Origin: Trypanosoma brucei
Lineage: Eukaryota
Direction of reading: 5' to 3'
DNA length: 64,000 nucleotides
Assembly (NCBI GenBank): GCA_000002445.1
Contig: CP000068.1
Span: forward strand, 128,001 to 192,000
Position numbers and translations under genes: made by a program. Each line of letters starts with the position of its first letter. The stretch's first letter is position 1. Shown here piece after piece: positions 21,821 to 32,151 of the stretch. Under the pieces are notes generated by a model, which was not told the DNA's origin, did no database searches, and worked only from the letters and a program-made list of their open reading frames with translations.

Positions 21821-21850
21821 TACCATTACACCTTTGTAGGAAATACTAAC

Positions 21851-22804
21851 TCACCTCGTAATACTCCACATGAGTGGCCCGCGCCTGCAGAAGGGACAAT
21901 TGCCCAAAAGTTGTGCATCTCCAACGCATAAAATGTTTCCACAACACAAAAGCTCCACAAAACAACCTTCAGGTGGAGCCTCTAAACATACACCGCACAC
22001 ATCCTCCGATTCTCCAAAAGGTGCTGATGACTGCAGAAAAGCTGGTGGGACAAGTTGAACAGCGGGGGGCACCGATATAACCTTTTCTTTTCCGCCTCCT
22101 TGCGAAACTGTGGATGAAGCCAAAGTAGACAAGGAAGCATTTGCCGCATCTCTTTGCTCACCATCACCATCACCATCATCACTAGAATATCCTCGCCTAA
22201 GTTGGTTCCCTCCACCACCATAAACATTATTGTTATTATTATTATTATTATTGTCATTGTTGTTATTATGACTACTATTACCATTACTATTTCCCTCCCT
22301 CTGTAAGTTGGCAGCACCGACACGGTTAAGGCTTAGGCATCCGCTACCACTATGGCGCCCAGCCAAAAGAATATTTGCATTTGCCTCTGCAACACTACTG
22401 CTGAAGGGTTCAGATGAGGTGGCACTACGCTCTGCCATTTCTATTCCCCTCCGTGTGGGTGCCATTACATTTGATTCTGCTGCATATGTCACCGCTATGG
22501 TGCTTGCCGCTGGAGAATTCATTCCCGTTCCCGTTCCCGTTAATCTTCTTCTTTCTTCTGTTGTTGTTGATGGGGGTGTTGGGGATTGCAGTAGCCGGCG
22601 TTGTCCAGCAGCATGCATTACCTTAAGGAGTGTTGGTTGCGAGAGTTTTATTGCCCGCCTCCGCTTGTTGCTGTCGTTGATGTCCGTCACGTCCACGTGT
22701 TTGCTCTCTGTTAGCGTTGATTTCGAAGGCAAAAGGGAAAGCAAAAGAAGAAAAATAAAATAAAATACTGGAAATACAGAAAATACTAACAGCGAATACG
22801 TCAA
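21851..22804 (-). CDS. RING-finger (C3HC4-type) zinc-finger protein with poly-Asn low-complexity region
   Basis: 317-aa ORF. The C-terminus CGVCLEAPPEGCFVELLCCGNILCVGDAQLLGNCPFCRRG fits the Cx2C...CxH-like...Cx2C RING spacing. Internal NNNNDNNNNNNNNN tract. Confidence 0.55.
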   Translation of the reverse strand: MTYSLLVFSVFPVFYFIFLLLLSLLPSKSTLTESKHVDVTDINDSNKRRRAIKLSQPTLLKVMHAAGQRRLLQSPTPPSTTTEERRRLTGTGTGMNSPAASTIAVTYAAESNVMAPTRRGIEMAERSATSSEPFSSSVAEANANILLAGRHSGSGCLSLNRVGAANLQREGNSNGNSSHNNNNDNNNNNNNNNVYGGGGNQLRRGYSSDDGDGDGEQRDAANASLSTLASSTVSQGGGKEKVISVPPAVQLVPPAFLQSSAPFGESEDVCGVCLEAPPEGCFVELLCCGNILCVGDAQLLGNCPFCRRGPLMWSITR

Positions 22805-23642
22805 GTTTGTACTAGAGGCATGAAAACGGCAGAAACCGCGACTACCTTCTCCTCGGACACCTTTACACGTTTCTCATTAAGCACTGCAATTCCCTTTCCA
22901 CCACTCAACAAATAACATACAAATAACGTGACTGTTTCAATCTCACCGGATGACCTGGAAAGAAGCGCCCGCAATGGAAGTGTCTTCATGACGCCCATCA
23001 CACAACACAATCGAACTGTAAAAAAAAAAAAAGAAAAATGCGACCTAACTTTGTGTCCCTCATTTGTTCCTTTCAATATTTAATTGCATGGGGAATGTAA
23101 TTATGGGAAAGCGCGTTGCGACTGCACAAATATATATATAACAGGTTGCCGTAGCGTACCCCATTATGTAGATGTCAACGTGTCCCAATGAGCAACGCCT
23201 TAGTATTTATGTCTCCGCTACTGGCCGTCACCACCGTTGCATTTCCTCCACAACTCACCGACCGAAAGGGAAAAAAAAAAAACTGAGAACGGAAAAGACG
23301 CTTTCCGGTGCGAATAACGAAGAAAACTGTTAGGAAGGGAGCACCCACTTGGATAAAGCCAAAAAAACGATATTTGCTCTTCCCTTTCGTGCGTAACCCC
23401 TCTCCTTGAGCTATGGAACAACAATTGTGCCATGTGCCAAACGATGCTCGAAGTCACAAGTAACCGGCCATAAGTAACTGCGACGCACGGCAGCGAAAGC
23501 AATCTCCATGTGTAACTAGTAACCACAGCGCACATATATACGCATATGTGCATATATATGTTTATAAACATGTGGGCGGGTGGGTGAACCCCGTTCAAAC
23601 CATTTCACTCCCCTCCCATCAGCCTCCACTTCAGTGTAATCC

Positions 23643-26420
23643 TTATTCCTTTTCATTTTGCGGTGCTGGCTGATGTCGATTATGTTGCTGTTGTTTCTCC
23701 AAATGTTGTTTCAGCAACTTTCGTTCCCTGTTTAACACGATAAGCTCCCGCCGCTCTCGCTTCGTCATGCGATTCCGCCGTGTCTCACTCGTGCAAACCG
23801 CTGCTGAGGTTTCAGGAAAATAAAGCGAGGGTGATGACTGCACCAATGATGGAGATGCTAACGCACCTCCCGCAACCTCCAATACCCCGGGCACCGATGA
23901 GCATATTTCACCACCACCATCCTCCTTATTTTCATCCTTCCGCACATCGCACTTATTTCCTCCAGTTATTCCCCTATCCAACTGTGCTGAGTGAAACCGC
24001 TGCGACGCCACACGTTTTCGCATAAGCTTCTCTCGGTAATGCATGTACGCTTCATTATCCGGAAGTTCCGTCTGGTCCATCAACTCTCTCAAGTCAGGGA
24101 CTCCACTTGAGCCCATGCACATTTCCCGAACCGGCCTGACAGCAGGTGGGGGATGCGTCTTCACAAAGACAAGCAAACGGCGTACAATTTTTAAGGAAAC
24201 GCGCTGCGGGATATTGTATAACAACTGAAGCGAAGGGTGAGATGGAAGCTCCTCGCTGCAGTAATGTACACTACTACTTGGATACCATAACACGAGACGG
24301 CCTCCCATTACCAGAGCCTCCGCAGCAAATAACATGAGATCCAGCACAATGTCACTGACGGCGTAGGAGGTTGATGGCGTCTCAACTGCTGTGGTTTTGG
24401 CTGACCTTGCATCATCATTCATTTGATTCTCACATCCTTCATCATCGCGTCGCTCGCCACAGGTGTCTCTAGCGTTAGAAGTATTTTTCATGGAGAGTTC
24501 AGTATTCAAGTAGATTGGCGTTTCGTTCAACACCTTCCCCGTCGATTGCTGCCCACTACCATCCTCACTAATTTCACGCAGCCTGTGAGCATTTCCTCCG
24601 CTGCCTTTATTTCCCTCATCATTATGTGATGTCACCGCCACACGCCCTCGTCCCTCGTTATCACCCGTACTCATCGCCACAGTATTCGTTTGCTTCGGTG
24701 CTGCACTTTTACGTGGCTCACGTATACCGTACGGAGGATCCGTTACGATGGCGTCAAGAAACCCCTCGCACAAGCGCGCTTCACTCACGGCTGCCATGCC
24801 CAACCCGTCACTGACGTTGTTGCTTGCGTCATTGCTGCCATCACGGCTAACATCATTCGTAACATTACTGATGCATGGACCGTTGGCAGTGCTCCCAAAA
24901 CCCTCGAAATTCGCGGCAACATTTTTAAGAGAGCCGCCACGTCCCCAACCCCTCAGGCGTAGAGTCTTTTCCCATAGTGCAAAATTCATCCGCACCCGTT
25001 CTGGTGGATTCAAACCGTAAATCTTAAAATTCGTCCTAACGGTGGGACCCTCAAGTGCCTCCTCCAGTGGAACACCGGCACGTTGAAGAGCCTCCTCCCC
25101 TAAAGCTCGCACTGCTGCAGCCCGCTGTTGTCGCTGTTGTGCACTCCGCAACCCCCGTTGGGTTCCCCGCTGCATTGCCCGACCGTCAACATCACCAGCG
25201 AATGTTACGGCACCGTAGTGGGCCGCCGCCACCAAAACACCGCATGTCCCGGCGAAGGGGTCGAATACAAAACTACCACGGCGAACGCACGCAAGATGAG
25301 CCATTACAAAAGCAGGCTCAGGTGGCATAGAAGTGGTCCCAATATAAGGCCGGCACTGAAGGCTGTAGCGGGTGAGAAGACCCTGACGGGAAGATCCAAC
25401 AACAAAAGTGCCACAGAGAACCCGCTGGACGGGACCCGACGGACTCCACCCGGCCTTAGCTCCCGGTGGTGCGTTTTCCACCGCATGCTCCAAAATCAAA
25501 AAAATGTCTTCACAAGGAAGCCCGCTTTCTCTGACCTCCTCGTCCTTCTCACTTTTCTGTTTCTTACAGCCACAAGTGGCGCTAAGTGATATTCCAATAG
25601 CATCAGCCAAACGAATAGCGAGGGCGTCCTTCTCCTCAGCAGAGTAGTGGCGTCCCACCGTTTCCACACGCACAGAAACGGCATCTCTTTTGTCGGCACC
25701 ATGACCTTTGGTGTCAGCAGCGTTGATGTTGGTATCGGAGCCTCTCCTTCCCATTTCCTCCCCCTCTTTTACCTTATGCGGTATCGATACCTGACTAACT
25801 TGATACAACTGCTTCAGTAACGGGGGCCCTACCAACGAGTCGCGATTATACACACAGCGGCTACATTCCCCTACACCGTTGCACCCAGCACGTGTAGAAT
25901 AACAACTCAAAACAGTCTTATCGGTGAAGGCAATGGCGCTATCACTACCATCGTTGCCGCTCATATTGGAAGCAGGGTTGTTATCGCATTTGGCTCCACC
26001 CGAACCATGTGCAACTTTGCTGCCACCAGCACGACCATCGGCAGCGTCAGCGGCACCGCATACCCCATGAACACAGTTCTTGTGAATGTTCAACTGATCA
26101 GAAGTGTGCTCGAAAGCAGTGATGGAAACATTACGGCAGTGACTCTCACAGACGAGTAACAACCCTTCCATTGTGGCAGCCGCCGCGATGAGTTGATAAA
26201 TTGCTCTCACCAGCATGCAGCGAGCGGCTACGCCACGGACAACATCCACCGATGCGGCCTCAAAAACACAAAATAGTGAAAGTGTTGAATCTGCGTGGAG
26301 CCATGGAGGACGGTGGAGAAGTTCAATGGTCTCCCCAAGCGCTGAAGCCGCGGACTGAAGTTCAGCTACACAAAACGGTGTAAGAGTTGGGGAACAAGCA
26401 AACCAACAAAAAAATAACAT
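23643..26420 (-). CDS. Trm11-like RNA (guanine-N2) methyltransferase with large insertions (DPPY-motif class I MTase)
   Basis: 925-aa ORF. SAM-binding motif I FDPFAGTCGVLVAAAHYGA and catalytic motif IV DAIVTDPPYG are separated by an unusually long, S/N-rich insert. The N-terminal region could be THUMP-like. Confidence 0.55.
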   Translation of the reverse strand: MLFFCWFACSPTLTPFCVAELQSAASALGETIELLHRPPWLHADSTLSLFCVFEAASVDVVRGVAARCMLVRAIYQLIAAAATMEGLLLVCESHCRNVSITAFEHTSDQLNIHKNCVHGVCGAADAADGRAGGSKVAHGSGGAKCDNNPASNMSGNDGSDSAIAFTDKTVLSCYSTRAGCNGVGECSRCVYNRDSLVGPPLLKQLYQVSQVSIPHKVKEGEEMGRRGSDTNINAADTKGHGADKRDAVSVRVETVGRHYSAEEKDALAIRLADAIGISLSATCGCKKQKSEKDEEVRESGLPCEDIFLILEHAVENAPPGAKAGWSPSGPVQRVLCGTFVVGSSRQGLLTRYSLQCRPYIGTTSMPPEPAFVMAHLACVRRGSFVFDPFAGTCGVLVAAAHYGAVTFAGDVDGRAMQRGTQRGLRSAQQRQQRAAAVRALGEEALQRAGVPLEEALEGPTVRTNFKIYGLNPPERVRMNFALWEKTLRLRGWGRGGSLKNVAANFEGFGSTANGPCISNVTNDVSRDGSNDASNNVSDGLGMAAVSEARLCEGFLDAIVTDPPYGIREPRKSAAPKQTNTVAMSTGDNEGRGRVAVTSHNDEGNKGSGGNAHRLREISEDGSGQQSTGKVLNETPIYLNTELSMKNTSNARDTCGERRDDEGCENQMNDDARSAKTTAVETPSTSYAVSDIVLDLMLFAAEALVMGGRLVLWYPSSSVHYCSEELPSHPSLQLLYNIPQRVSLKIVRRLLVFVKTHPPPAVRPVREMCMGSSGVPDLRELMDQTELPDNEAYMHYREKLMRKRVASQRFHSAQLDRGITGGNKCDVRKDENKEDGGGEICSSVPGVLEVAGGALASPSLVQSSPSLYFPETSAAVCTSETRRNRMTKRERRELIVLNRERKLLKQHLEKQQQHNRHQPAPQNEKE

Positions 26421-27823
26421 TGTATGTCACCGTCATGTGATGAGCGATTGCGTATCCGCGGCTTTCCTGGTGAACACACGCTCGAGAGTTAGCGCGCGCC
26501 TCCAACTCGCTGTAGGTCGTCGGTGCCTCAGCACAGTGCAGCTCGTCTTTCTTTTTTTTTTATGAAATCCACGATACCTCCCCACAGTTCGTTTGTAAAC
26601 GATAACTTTTCTCTTTTATGTGGTTTCGCTTCACTTCCTGCTATTTCTCCTCCGCTTACACGTTTCTGCTAAGTATCACAACACTGAAACATAGAAGCAC
26701 AGTATTACAGGCAGTGTGGAAAAAAATAAGAAGCAAAGGGCTCTGTCTGAAACGACAAGTAACGCGGGGTTGGGAAGGGAATATTAAAGGGTAAACGTAT
26801 ACACCGGTATGAGTGTGTTTTGGTGTTGTGTGTTTGGACGCGGAGACAATAGCAGTGGCGAGAAGAGAAAAAAAAAAGCGATGGAAGGGGGTTTTGATAA
26901 AGTATACGCCATTCCAACACACATGCACAAAAAAGAAAAAAAATGGCGGCGCCACAGGGAAGGATGCCTGTGTGAATCTGCCTGTCTATTTGTTGCTAGT
27001 GTTTTAAGAGGATAAATAAAGGCGTCACCACTCCACGGATGGGCGTAGAAAACACGAAATAGTTTCTCCCCTCATCATTTACATGAACTTGTACATATAT
27101 CACACCAGATGCACAACAACGCAGACAAATATCTTCCCCTTTCATCCCGCACATGCTTCACACTCCCAACTCCAAAAGACTACCAATACAAGTTTTTAAC
27201 CATATCTTTCCTCTTATGCAGCTTCCCCAACACAGGCGGCAACGTACATACGTGTGCAAAATGAAGATTTAATAAAACTATCACCCTTGACTTTATTGTA
27301 CATTTGATTTTCGGACTTTCTGTCCTCTTTCGGTCTCTCCATCTTTACATTTGCCATCCCCATTGTGTTACGGACGCGCTTACCCAGCTTAGCACATCCG
27401 AGGTGTTCGGTTGATCCATGTGTAGCCATGGCCATACATCCCCTTCTGATATACCCTCAAATTTGAAAAAAAAAAAAAACCTGCTCTCCCTCTCTCCTTC
27501 TTCTCCCTATCATCAACATTTATCTTAAACAAATCATTGCCTCTAATGAATCTCTACTACTCACCACGGGTGCGTGCAGGAGGAAAATAAAAAATGGAGG
27601 TCATGATTGTTACTAGCATATCATGGAACTGCAGTTCAGCACCTTTGAAGGGATTTTCGTAGCTGCCCTTCTCACCGCGCACCGTCCAGCAGCGCAGTTA
27701 ATCTTACGGAAGCAAAGCGCAAAAAGGCCCGTCACCCAGACGCCCGCTCCAGTTGCCTCTAATCCCTTTTGTTCCTTTTCTCCATCTTTGGATGCTGCAT
27801 TGTTCTCTCTCTTCATAATTCTT

Positions 27824-30800
27824 CTATAGCTGAACTGAATACTTGTCGGTCTGCGGAGTTGGGTTGTTCTTGTACAACGCCGAAAGCCTTGGATCGTCCG
27901 CGAGCTTCTGCGCTAACTTGGCGTACCTCTCGCTTGCACGATCAATATGCTTCACGAGTAGCTCGTCTAGTGTTTTCATGCGCCATGTGGCCTCCTTGCA
28001 GTATTGGGCAAACTCCTTCGCATCCCGTGCAACTTCACCACTGGTGGTTACAGCAACTGCAGCACTTGTGCTTGCAAGGGCATTCGCAGTGATTGTGCAG
28101 GATGCACCCATGACGCTTGGTATCCCTGTAACTGCCTCCCCTAATGCACCGCCACCTGTAGCAGCAAGGGCCACAGAATCTGACATGTCCTTCTGCTCTG
28201 CAGCTCCAAGTACTCCCTGGATGCTGCACGTCTCCACCCCTGAAGCCTTCACGGTGGACTCCACACCCGCCACAGCCGCATCAACGTTGCTCTGATAGTT
28301 GGCCTGACGACGAGTGAGCTCCTCCCTTTCCTCATCCATCTGTTTTTGTATAATACGACCGCGATGGATAAGGCGCTCCTTCAACTCACGTAGGGCCTCA
28401 TCTCGTACTCGGCGGGCTTGGTCCATGGTGAGGGCAACATTCATGTAGTCACCACTGAATGTGGTGGGGAGGTCAAGCTTCGCGATGTATGGCGCAAGGT
28501 AATCGCAGCGTGCCTCCTCACGCAGAGCCTCTTCAGCAAGTCGGCGTCTACGCTCCGCTTCAGTCTCACGAGGACGGTTGCGAAGCGTGTCAAAGACGGA
28601 CACAACAGCGGGAACGCGGCGCTGTTTTTCGTTTGCCAGAGCGACACGCTTTGAGGGACAAAGTCCGGGCAGCAAATACTCTTGATTCTGCGCCTGCGAT
28701 TTCTGCTCGGCGACGGGTGTCAGTTGAGCACCAGCGAGGCCTCCCAGTTCGACCGATGACCGCTTAGCAGCTTCCGCTTCGTCAGGACCTGCAACCGGAC
28801 CCGATGGCTCACGTGTGGACTCCACAATGGCATTGCATTCCGCCAACGAGGCCCGTACACGCCCTTGACACATCGTGACCCACCACCGCAGTCGGTTGCG
28901 CTCATTACACTGTTCCATATCCGATGGGGGTGTCGCGTTTGGCATCATAACGATGATAGATGGCAACGTACCTGAAATGCTCCCTTTCGGCCCCGCCACG
29001 GCGCTGAGAAGGCATTCCTCACCAGGGTCAGTTTTGGGGTACATGCGATAGGGACGGATGATACTCCCCGGCCGGTAATGGAAATAAACCCACATTTCAC
29101 CACCCTCAGACAGCGACCCCACACTGCCAGTAGACGGACCTGCGCACACCGGTGACAATGCAGCCGACGCGACAAGCTGTGGATGCATTGTGCCTGTAGC
29201 GGCACGTGCAGCGGCTACCGCAGCAGGGCGCACAAAGACGTATTTGGCCACATCGTCGTCAGGGGGGATGGTCTCATTGCGATGATACTTCTCACTCATT
29301 CGGATGGGTTCCGCACGTTGCGTGTCATCCGCACCCCGCACGCTCCCCTTAGTAGAGGGGGAACTTCCAACTTGTTGCGAATTGGTGTGGGACAAGTTGT
29401 ATCCCATGTTGAGTGCAGCCACATTATCGAAGGTGGCACTTCGGTACCATAACCGGTCATCGCGCCCTCTGTAAAACTCCTTCACCTTGCGAAGGGCGCG
29501 ACTCTCGTAGAAAAACTCCTGTCTCCGCCACAAGCCATCGTTACGGGCATCCCAGTAAAAGGTCATAGTTCGCTGCACACCTGGCTCGTACGTAAGTAAC
29601 CGCAGCCCCCCTACTGAAGTCTGCAACATTCTGCCACGTTCGAACCACTCTTGCATCAGGCGGAAGTTACCACTTTGTACCACAACATCAACCAACGGGA
29701 TGAGCTGGCTATTGGAATTCGACACGGTCCGTTCCCTCATAAAGGCACCACTGCTAAAGCTCCGGTGCCGCACAAAACTCCGACGCTTACCCACATTCGT
29801 CTCCCGAAATTCGTCGTCTAATGCGCTCGTCACTATATTTCTCCTCAAACCCGCCCTTTGCTGAGCCCCGCTCGAGTAATCGTAATCCGTGTCGTACGGT
29901 TCTTTTCCCTCTCCCTCCGCTGCCGGAAGTGCAACTAAACCTTCACCTCCAGACGCAGCGGCAGCACCACTCCTAAAGTCACTCACACTGTTCGTCCGCC
30001 TCATGAATGCGGATGCCGTGGGGTACACCGACCGGCGGCGCAGTTTATCCGCACGATGCTCAAAAAGCAGATGTATTTGTGCCTGACTGGGATATTGCGT
30101 ATCCGGCAAATAGACCTCAAGCACACGATGGTCAGGCATTAGATACGCGGCGTAGCGAAACACATCTGCATTGACATAGCGAGTGAATTTCATACCACCT
30201 GGATAACGACTTTCATACTGGGCCCGGTTCAATGTTAATTCTTCCACCCACGAAGCACAACAAAAGTGGACCGCACGGTCTCGCGTAGTTTGCATGAGAT
30301 GCGTCAGTCCTCCTGCCAAAGTGGAAAATCCCCCGCTAAATGTGCTACCGGGATGCTGTGCTGGAGATCCCTCATCATTGTAGCGCCGCCTCATGCCTGC
30401 CGAGTTACCCAACCCTCGGCTTCCATATACTGCTGATGGGCTAGCGCTTAAAACGCCGCCTCCGCTTCCAGGAGTGGCCCCCAAGTGCACTTGGCCCCCA
30501 AGTGTACTGAGGGGAGTGCCAACGAAATTATGCGAAATGTTGCGCTCGTCCTCAACGTCCAGTTCAAAGAGAACCGCTTCCCATTGAGATGCATCCTGAA
30601 GATCAGGCACCAGTGAACTGACAGCGGCGTCGGGGGTGAGGTTGACGAAATAGTTGTCACCATTGAAAACACCCTCAACACCCGTGTAAAAGCTATCGGC
30701 GTCACCCGGCGCGATGAGGTCGCCCCGGGAAGGTTCGACGAATACGGGCTCACGTACGCTCTTGCGCCCACCAGGGAGAACAAGTACCCAACTGTGAAGC

Positions 30801-32044
30801 CGTCGAACAGGTGGGAAGTTGACTGACTCGCCTTTTGCAGGTCCCTTAACGGCGTCATCCCCCCCTATTACAGATGCGGCATCAGCATTTCCACACCTTG
30901 CCGGGTTGTTGAAAGCATTGAAGCTGGTGTTAGGACCACAAAGGGGGCTCGTAGCACCCACCACATTATTAGCCAAGGGGCTACAGAGGCTAACGCTGTT
31001 CGCGTAGCTCTCGCTGGCCCCCTGAACCCTTGATCCCGCAAAGGATGTGTTACTTCTCGTGTCTTTGTCGTCGTCCTGCTGATGGTGGTACTGGGAGTAC
31101 ATATCAATCTCATCAGCAGGGCGGAGCACCAGGCGGTCCTTTACAAGTGCTGCATACTCCGCATCAACCATGTCGCTGCCATCATCATCGGCATCAGAGT
31201 CCACATAACAGCAGTAGTCATCCGTCACGGGAGCCTTTGTATTGGCATTTTCCTCCCTTCCACCGGTGGTGCCAACCACGTTGCTGCAATACGTACTGTC
31301 TTTGTTGCTGGTCCTGCGCTTGCTTTTGCTCTTTCCGCTAGTCGAAAGCTCCCCATATTCATCTGTCCATTCCCGTTGTGAACTGTCATTCTCGCACACG
31401 GCGCGTTCAGCGTAGCCCACCACCACGTAGGCGTTGTACCCCACTCCCACAAGCAACGAAGTGAGAAGTATGCTCAACTCGAAGCAATTGCCAATCTGCC
31501 ACTGTAGCGTCGTGGCTGGGGAAACCACCACTTCAGGAAGCCTTTCCGTGTCTTCAAGTATCTCATACCGCATATACCCCGCAAGGAACCTCGCACACGA
31601 ACCCACATCAAACAATTCATCAAAGGGAAAAATGGTGGGCCGAATGAAGGTGCATATCATCTTTCGGGTGCGACACTCATTCAACGGGGCAAGAAGCTGC
31701 GGCGCACGCTTAGGAAAATACTCATGAAAGTGAGATTGGAACCTCCTAGTAGCTTTGAAGATGCTCTCCTCTGCCGGACTAATCTCCGTGTAGGAGGGGG
31801 GAAAACCCTCCTTGCGAAGCCAGTGGGTGAGACGCTCCGCTCTCGTGGCCTCATAAGGAGCTGGTGACAAGGTTGCGGGCCCGGGTACCTTCTCTTCTCC
31901 TCCTTCTTCAGCATCAGTGGGAGTCGCAGTTCCCAAACCAACCTTTGCTGTGTTGGCGACGGCGCCGCCTCTTCCTGGTGAAGTCCCGGGGACGCTTGCG
32001 GTCTTTCCGCCGATGCGGCGTATTGGTGGTAACATCAACTTCAA
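27824..32044 (-). CDS. Large hypothetical protein (1406 aa) with transglutaminase-like (TGc) core and C-terminal coiled coil; possibly flagellar/axonemal (DRC7/CCDC135-like)
   Basis: The segment QIGNCFELSILLTSLLVGVGYNAYVVVGYA matches the TGc consensus G-x-C-x-E/D-x-A-x-L...G-x-x-A-R/Y-x-V-x-G-Y. Long low-complexity stretches. A C-terminal charged heptad-like region (RRRLAEEALREEAR..., RELKERLIHRGRIIQKQMDEEREELTRRQ). The DRC7 link is inference only. Confidence 0.45.
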   Translation of the reverse strand: MKLMLPPIRRIGGKTASVPGTSPGRGGAVANTAKVGLGTATPTDAEEGGEEKVPGPATLSPAPYEATRAERLTHWLRKEGFPPSYTEISPAEESIFKATRRFQSHFHEYFPKRAPQLLAPLNECRTRKMICTFIRPTIFPFDELFDVGSCARFLAGYMRYEILEDTERLPEVVVSPATTLQWQIGNCFELSILLTSLLVGVGYNAYVVVGYAERAVCENDSSQREWTDEYGELSTSGKSKSKRRTSNKDSTYCSNVVGTTGGREENANTKAPVTDDYCCYVDSDADDDGSDMVDAEYAALVKDRLVLRPADEIDMYSQYHHQQDDDKDTRSNTSFAGSRVQGASESYANSVSLCSPLANNVVGATSPLCGPNTSFNAFNNPARCGNADAASVIGGDDAVKGPAKGESVNFPPVRRLHSWVLVLPGGRKSVREPVFVEPSRGDLIAPGDADSFYTGVEGVFNGDNYFVNLTPDAAVSSLVPDLQDASQWEAVLFELDVEDERNISHNFVGTPLSTLGGQVHLGATPGSGGGVLSASPSAVYGSRGLGNSAGMRRRYNDEGSPAQHPGSTFSGGFSTLAGGLTHLMQTTRDRAVHFCCASWVEELTLNRAQYESRYPGGMKFTRYVNADVFRYAAYLMPDHRVLEVYLPDTQYPSQAQIHLLFEHRADKLRRRSVYPTASAFMRRTNSVSDFRSGAAAASGGEGLVALPAAEGEGKEPYDTDYDYSSGAQQRAGLRRNIVTSALDDEFRETNVGKRRSFVRHRSFSSGAFMRERTVSNSNSQLIPLVDVVVQSGNFRLMQEWFERGRMLQTSVGGLRLLTYEPGVQRTMTFYWDARNDGLWRRQEFFYESRALRKVKEFYRGRDDRLWYRSATFDNVAALNMGYNLSHTNSQQVGSSPSTKGSVRGADDTQRAEPIRMSEKYHRNETIPPDDDVAKYVFVRPAAVAAARAATGTMHPQLVASAALSPVCAGPSTGSVGSLSEGGEMWVYFHYRPGSIIRPYRMYPKTDPGEECLLSAVAGPKGSISGTLPSIIVMMPNATPPSDMEQCNERNRLRWWVTMCQGRVRASLAECNAIVESTREPSGPVAGPDEAEAAKRSSVELGGLAGAQLTPVAEQKSQAQNQEYLLPGLCPSKRVALANEKQRRVPAVVSVFDTLRNRPRETEAERRRRLAEEALREEARCDYLAPYIAKLDLPTTFSGDYMNVALTMDQARRVRDEALRELKERLIHRGRIIQKQMDEEREELTRRQANYQSNVDAAVAGVESTVKASGVETCSIQGVLGAAEQKDMSDSVALAATGGGALGEAVTGIPSVMGASCTITANALASTSAAVAVTTSGEVARDAKEFAQYCKEATWRMKTLDELLVKHIDRASERYAKLAQKLADDPRLSALYKNNPTPQTDKYSVQL

Positions 32045-32133
32045 ACACCCCGCACTACCACCGCAGTGTAACGGATTGTATACACTACTGGCGTATGATA
32101 AACAAAGTGAAGTTATCTACAAACTCGCGTACG

Positions 32134-32151
32134 TATATATATATATATATT
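32134..32151. repeat. (TA)n microsatellite
   Basis: Read directly. Confidence 0.85.

Noticed and set aside
19176-21850. Possible additional gene between MFS transporter and RING-finger gene
   Set aside because: All ORFs in this 2.7-kb interval (e.g. 20087-20407, 20924-21310, 21296-21685) translate to homopolymer-driven low-complexity peptides. Interpreted as long UTR and intergenic sequence with microsatellites.
24690-25647. Multiple + strand ORFs (79-153 aa) inside the methyltransferase gene
   Set aside because: Antisense to a long CDS with clear MTase motifs. Pro/Arg/Ser-rich reverse-frame artefacts.
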